NCBI GenBank assembly: GCA_041746255.1
Contig: JBGTHM010000100.1
Location: forward strand, 63,087 to 127,086
DNA length: 64,000 nucleotides
DNA from: Fibrobacteria bacterium
GTDB lineage: Bacteria > Fibrobacterota > Fibrobacteria > UBA11236
Direction: 5' to 3'
Position numbers and translations under genes: made by a program
The notes under the pieces: generated by a model
Database searches by the model: none
Told to the model about the DNA's origin: nothing
The model's input: the letters and a program-made list of their open reading frames with translations, nothing else
In this document: positions 59,752-64,000 of the stretch, one piece after another
Numbering within the stretch: the first letter of the stretch is position 1
Layout: each line of letters starts with the position of its first letter

Positions 59752-60746
59752 TGTGGCCCACCTTTAACAGTCCCTGGTTTCTGCTGGGACTGCTGCTGAT
59801 TCCCCTGTTGTTGTGGCGATACATTCGCTTAAGCGGCCGAAAGGAAGCGGGTATCCGCTTCCCCAGCCTGGGCATCATCAAACGTATTCCCAAGGGAACC
59901 TTCTACCATTTGCGCCATAGCCTTATCGCCCTGCGCCTGGCGGCTATAGCCTTTATCGTCATCGCCCTGGCGCGTCCGCAATACGGGGAATCCCTGGAAG
60001 AGGTGACCACCTCGGGCGTGGACATCGTGCTCATCCTGGATGTTTCCACCTCCATGAAAGTCATGGATTTCAAACCCAAGAACCGCTTGGTGGTCGCAAA
60101 ACAGATTCTGGAGGACTTCATCCTGGGCCGCAGGCATGACCGTATCGGCCTGGTGGTGTTCGCCGGAAAAAGCTACACCCAAAGCCCCCTTACCCTGGAC
60201 TACGGTATCCTTGTCCAATTTTTACGTTCCGTCGATTTCGGAATTGTCGAGGACGGCACGGCCATCGGCACCGGGATACTGAACGGCGTGAATCGCCTTA
60301 AGAGCAGCGACGCCAAAAGCAAGGTGGCGGTGTTGCTCACCGATGGGGAAAACAACGCAGGGGAAGTCAGCCCCATGATGGCCGCCAGGGCCGCCAAAGC
60401 CATGGGAGTCAAGGTACATACCATTGGCGTGGGCAAGGACGGCGATCAGCCCATGGAAATCGACGATCCGGTTTTCGGGAAACGTATCGTCAGCGTGCCC
60501 ACGAAAATGAACGAAGAGGAGTTGCTTGAAATCGCGACGCTTACGGGCGGGCAGTATTATCGCGCGCAGGATCCCGAGGCGTTGCGGAATATATTCGCGG
60601 CCATCGACGAATTGGAGAAAACCGAAATCCATACCACCACTTATAACCGTTACCATGAGCTTTTTTACAATTTGCTTCTGGTTGCGCTCGGCCTGCTTTT
60701 CGCGGAAATCATTCTCGCCAATACAAGGTTCATGAAAATCCCATGA
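59748..60746 (+). CDS. batA: VWA-domain protein BatA
   Basis: ALARPQ, MIDAS DVSTSM, DRIGLVVFAG, DGTAIG and LLTDGENN motifs. Confidence 0.9.
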   Translation: MMWPTFNSPWFLLGLLLIPLLLWRYIRLSGRKEAGIRFPSLGIIKRIPKGTFYHLRHSLIALRLAAIAFIVIALARPQYGESLEEVTTSGVDIVLILDVSTSMKVMDFKPKNRLVVAKQILEDFILGRRHDRIGLVVFAGKSYTQSPLTLDYGILVQFLRSVDFGIVEDGTAIGTGILNGVNRLKSSDAKSKVAVLLTDGENNAGEVSPMMAARAAKAMGVKVHTIGVGKDGDQPMEIDDPVFGKRIVSVPTKMNEEELLEIATLTGGQYYRAQDPEALRNIFAAIDELEKTEIHTTTYNRYHELFYNLLLVALGLLFAEIILANTRFMKIP

Positions 60747-61768
60747 GATTCGGATCCCCAACCAGCTTTTGGCTGCTGCTAGCCCTGCCCTTGCTGGCGG
60801 CTTTCTTCCTCTATGCCATCCGGCGCAAGCGCCGCATGCTCCGACGTTTCGCCGAAGTGGAAATGCTGCGGAAAATGTCACAGAACATTTCGCCTTACCG
60901 GCAATTCCTGAAAGCCGCTTTGCAATTGACGGTGGTATTCTTCGTAGTGCTGGCTCTAACCCGCCCCCAATACGGCACCAAAATGGAAATGATGACGCGC
61001 CAGGGATTGGACGTGGTCATTGCCGCCGACGTTTCGCTTTCCATGCTCGCGGAAGACCTGAAACCCACACGCCTGGCCCGTACCAAACAGGAAATGGGCC
61101 GTTTCGTCGACAATCTCTCCGGCGACCGTATCGGCCTGGTGGCTTTCGCGGGTGAGGCTTTTCTGCAATGTCCGCTTACCACGGACTACGGGGCCTTCAA
61201 AATTTTTCTCGACGAACTCGGTCCCGAGTTGATCGGCACGCCGGGGACCTCGATAGGAGCGGCGTTGGAAACGGCCCTCAAGGCGTTCGATCCCACGGAA
61301 AGGAAATACCGGGTGGTGGTATTGCTTACCGATGGCGAAGACCACAGCGGCGCGGCCGAAAAAGCGGCCCAGAAAGCCGCCGAGCAGGGAGTCATACTCT
61401 ATACCGTCGGCATCGGATCACGCGGGGGAGCGCCCATTCCAGTCCGGGATCAGCGCGGTAGGGTCAGTTATAAAACCGATGCGCGTGGAAACGTGGTCAC
61501 CACCCGCCTCGACGAGGTTTTACTCCAGAAAATGGCCTTGGCTACGGGAGGCAAGTATTTTCATGCTTCTCCCGGCAGCTTTGAACTGAAGCAGGTTTTG
61601 GAGGAAATCAACGCCATGGAAAAAAGGAAACTGGAGGGAGAACACTTCACCCAATTCGAGGAACGCTTCCAATGGCCGCTTACCGTGGCGCTAATCCTGA
61701 TCGTGGGCGAAATGCTGCTTTCCGACCGGCGAAGGCGGAAACGCGAATGGGAGGGGCGTTTTTCATGA
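60743..61768 (+). CDS. batB: VWA-domain protein BatB
   Basis: RPQYG, DVSLSMLAED, CPLTTDY, TDGEDH, GAPIP and ERFQWP motifs. Confidence 0.9.
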   Translation: MRFGSPTSFWLLLALPLLAAFFLYAIRRKRRMLRRFAEVEMLRKMSQNISPYRQFLKAALQLTVVFFVVLALTRPQYGTKMEMMTRQGLDVVIAADVSLSMLAEDLKPTRLARTKQEMGRFVDNLSGDRIGLVAFAGEAFLQCPLTTDYGAFKIFLDELGPELIGTPGTSIGAALETALKAFDPTERKYRVVVLLTDGEDHSGAAEKAAQKAAEQGVILYTVGIGSRGGAPIPVRDQRGRVSYKTDARGNVVTTRLDEVLLQKMALATGGKYFHASPGSFELKQVLEEINAMEKRKLEGEHFTQFEERFQWPLTVALILIVGEMLLSDRRRRKREWEGRFS

Positions 61769-62664
61769 ATTCTTCCCACCGTTATCCCATGTATTTCAAG
61801 ATGCCTTATCCGCTCACTATGGCCGTGTGCCTTTCCATCACCATCGCTTTCTCTCAGGAAGCGTCTCCCGGCGAGGAAAATCGCGCCGCCCGTCATGAAG
61901 CGGGTGAGCAATGGAAGTCCACCTCGGGCCCGGAAAGAATATGGGAGAAAATCCTGCAATCCTTTCTCCTCAAACCGACGCCTGCCAAAGCCGGTAAGCG
62001 CGCCTATGTCGCGGAAGATTATGCCACGGCACTGCGGAAATACACGGAAGCCGGATTCGACCATCCCGGTTCGCAATCGCTGGCATATAATACGGGAAAC
62101 GTCCATTACCGCCAGGGCCGCTTCGACGACGCCGCCCGTCATTTCGAGGAAGCGCTGAAAGGGACCAATGCGACCCTGGCCGCTAATGCCTATTACAATC
62201 TCGGCAATGTCTTTTTCCGGAAAGGGGAAGCGGCCGGGGAAGGAGGCGCGGAAAAAGCTTTAGCGGAATTTCGCGAAGCCTTGGCGCATTACAAAAAGTC
62301 CCTGGAAATTAAGCCCGAAAACGCCGAAGCCAAACGAAACATCGAAGTGACGCAGGCCCGTATCAAGGAGTTGCTGGAACAGCAGCAGCAAGATCCATCC
62401 CAGGGGGGCGGGGAGCCGCCTCCGGAGCCAAGCGAACGCGCTAAACAAATTCTGGCTCGCGCCATGCAACTTTCGGCGCAACGCAAATATTCCGAGGCCA
62501 AAAGCCTGCTGGAAGCGATAATTCGCGAAGACGAAACCGCCGCGAGTTTCAAATCGCATGTACAAAGGATTCAGGATGTACTCGATTTGCTGAGCGGTAA
62601 GATGCCGACTCCTCCCGAGTCCGGCGATCCACGCGCAAGACAAGAGGGGTTGGGTGTGATATGA
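61765..62664 (+). CDS. TPR protein, BatC-like
   Basis: AYNTGNVHYRQG, AYYNLGNVFF and YKKSLEIKPEN..AKRN motifs. Confidence 0.8.
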   Translation: MNSSHRYPMYFKMPYPLTMAVCLSITIAFSQEASPGEENRAARHEAGEQWKSTSGPERIWEKILQSFLLKPTPAKAGKRAYVAEDYATALRKYTEAGFDHPGSQSLAYNTGNVHYRQGRFDDAARHFEEALKGTNATLAANAYYNLGNVFFRKGEAAGEGGAEKALAEFREALAHYKKSLEIKPENAEAKRNIEVTQARIKELLEQQQQDPSQGGGEPPPEPSERAKQILARAMQLSAQRKYSEAKSLLEAIIREDETAASFKSHVQRIQDVLDLLSGKMPTPPESGDPRARQEGLGVI

Positions 62665-63236
62665 AAAGCCCCGCCTTTTTTCCCAAATCCCTGTCACTCC
62701 TATTTCTGGTCCTCGCTGGGGCGCTTTGCGCCAAATCGGCGGATATGTATTTCCACGGCGGAGGACATAAATATGTGCAGGGACGCATCCAGGAAGCTTC
62801 CATCGAAATCGAGGAAGGCGTGCGGGCACATCCTCAGGACAAGCGACTGACGGACTTTGCGGAATATCTACGAAAACTGAAAGACGAACAAAAGCAACAA
62901 GACGGCGATCAGCAACAGAATAAGCAAGAGCAACAAGAGGGTCAAGACCAGGAGAAACCGGAAGATTCGGGCGAACAGGACCGGCAACAAGATAAACCGC
63001 CGGAAGACAAACCCGAGGATCAAGAAGGGAAATCCGATCCGAAGCCCGATGAAGGTTCAGAAAAACCGGAGGAGGAAAAGCCCAAGCCCGATGCCGCCCG
63101 GCCGCAACCGCAGCCCGGCGAAATGTCGGAGGAGGAGGCGGAACGTTTGCTGAGGGCTTTTGAAGCCGACGAAAAAGAGCAACGGAAAAAGGCGCCTGCG
63201 CCCGCACAAAGAGGGGGTGGCGATGTGGATTGGTAA
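62661..63236 (+). CDS. Secreted protein with BatC-type Q/E-rich linker and C-terminal motif
   Basis: Signal peptide; Q/E/D/K/P low-complexity tract; MSEEEAERLL...DW end. Confidence 0.75.
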   Translation: MKSPAFFPKSLSLLFLVLAGALCAKSADMYFHGGGHKYVQGRIQEASIEIEEGVRAHPQDKRLTDFAEYLRKLKDEQKQQDGDQQQNKQEQQEGQDQEKPEDSGEQDRQQDKPPEDKPEDQEGKSDPKPDEGSEKPEEEKPKPDAARPQPQPGEMSEEEAERLLRAFEADEKEQRKKAPAPAQRGGGDVDW

Positions 63237-63249
63237 TCGACGGCCACGC

Positions 63250-64000
63250 ATGCGCGTATCCCGGTTCGGCTTCGCTTTCCTGGCCATTCTATTTACGGTT
63301 CATCTGGCTTCAGCCGATTTTACCGCGGACGCGACCATTTCCACCAATCATGTGGGAACGGGCGAGCCGTTTCAGCTTTCGGTGCAAGTGGGGGTTACCA
63401 ACGAAGATACCGATCTTCCCTGGCCCATCGTGGAAAACCTGGAACCCTTCACAGTCGCCAAGGGCTCAACCACCGCCCAGTCCTCGGAAACCACCATCAT
63501 TAATGGACGCATCACCCGCAGAAACCGTTTTATCACCACCTTCACCTATACCTTGACCGCTGCGCAACCGGGTAATTTCCACATCGGACCCATCCGATAC
63601 CGGTATGCGAATTCGGAACGTAACCTGGGCAGTACCACGGTACAGGTGGTCAAACGCGAGCCGGGTATCCGGCTGATTCCCAGCCTGAATAAATCCTCCG
63701 TCTTCGTAGGGGAGCAGTTGGTCTATACGCTGCGCATCATTCCCGGTCCCGGCGTGCAGAAAATCTCCCGCCCGGAAATCCAAAAGCTTATCGGCGACAA
63801 GTTCTGGTTCCAACATCTGGACGATAAAATCGATTCAAAAATCGTGAAAATCGGCGGTGAAGATACCCGCGTCTTCGACGTGCGCATCGTGCTTTTTCCC
63901 TTGCTGGCCGGAGCAGTCGACTTGCCGGGCATTCCGGTGGAATATGAACAGGCTACGCGCACCCGGCGACGCACCGGATCGGTTTTCGATTTCTTCGAAG
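63250..64000 (+). CDS. batD: BatD family protein (3'-truncated by the window edge; absent from the ORF track)
   Basis: Manual translation: MRVSRFGFAFLAILFTVHLASADFTADATISTNHVGTGEPFQLSV...TIINGR...PGNFHIGP...VFVGEQLVYTL...LFPLLAG. Confidence 0.85.
   Translation, partial: MRVSRFGFAFLAILFTVHLASADFTADATISTNHVGTGEPFQLSVQVGVTNEDTDLPWPIVENLEPFTVAKGSTTAQSSETTIINGRITRRNRFITTFTYTLTAAQPGNFHIGPIRYRYANSERNLGSTTVQVVKREPGIRLIPSLNKSSVFVGEQLVYTLRIIPGPGVQKISRPEIQKLIGDKFWFQHLDDKIDSKIVKIGGEDTRVFDVRIVLFPLLAGAVDLPGIPVEYEQATRTRRRTGSVFDFFE

Noticed and set aside
62260-63207. 315-aa antisense ORF, and many other long overlapping antisense ORFs
   Set aside because: Shadow ORFs expected from GC-rich codon bias opposite well-supported genes.
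1-64000. CRISPR arrays, IS/transposases, integrases, prophage or defence genes
   Set aside because: No regularly spaced repeats and no recognisable motifs for these proteins in any ORF.

Overview
Mostly core-genome DNA from a diderm bacterium, probably Fibrobacterota; this is inferred from a TGCNC-N4-GTGCA LexA box before recA, a long C-terminal extension on bL21 and many secreted proteins and lipoproteins. It holds about 57 CDS and 3 tRNAs (Gly-CCC, Val-TAC, Asp-GTC). Genes include ndk, glpD with a GDPD, rplU-rpmA, mutY, cinA-recA, a GH8 glycoside hydrolase, a 1606-aa surface lipoprotein, a YicC, a PhoH, an AsmA-family gene, uvrB, pgeF, an Mla/Mce ABC operon, engB-recR and a MoxR/Bat operon that runs off the end. 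I found no transposase, integrase, phage gene or CRISPR array. Four things stand out. (1) An intact 727-aa GlgB homologue has lost all three GH13 catalytic carboxylates. (2) A 163-bp near-identical copy of the uvrB 3' end forms an intact 54-aa UVR mini-ORF and brackets a ~1-kb islet carrying an AT-rich lipoprotein gene and a possible degenerate attC-like site. (3) An FGE/C-lectin-fold lipoprotein carries a ~170-aa insertion at its usual ligand-binding region. (4) The giant lipoprotein has polyproline/C-x6-C repeats. All calls come from reading motifs by eye; no database searches were run.
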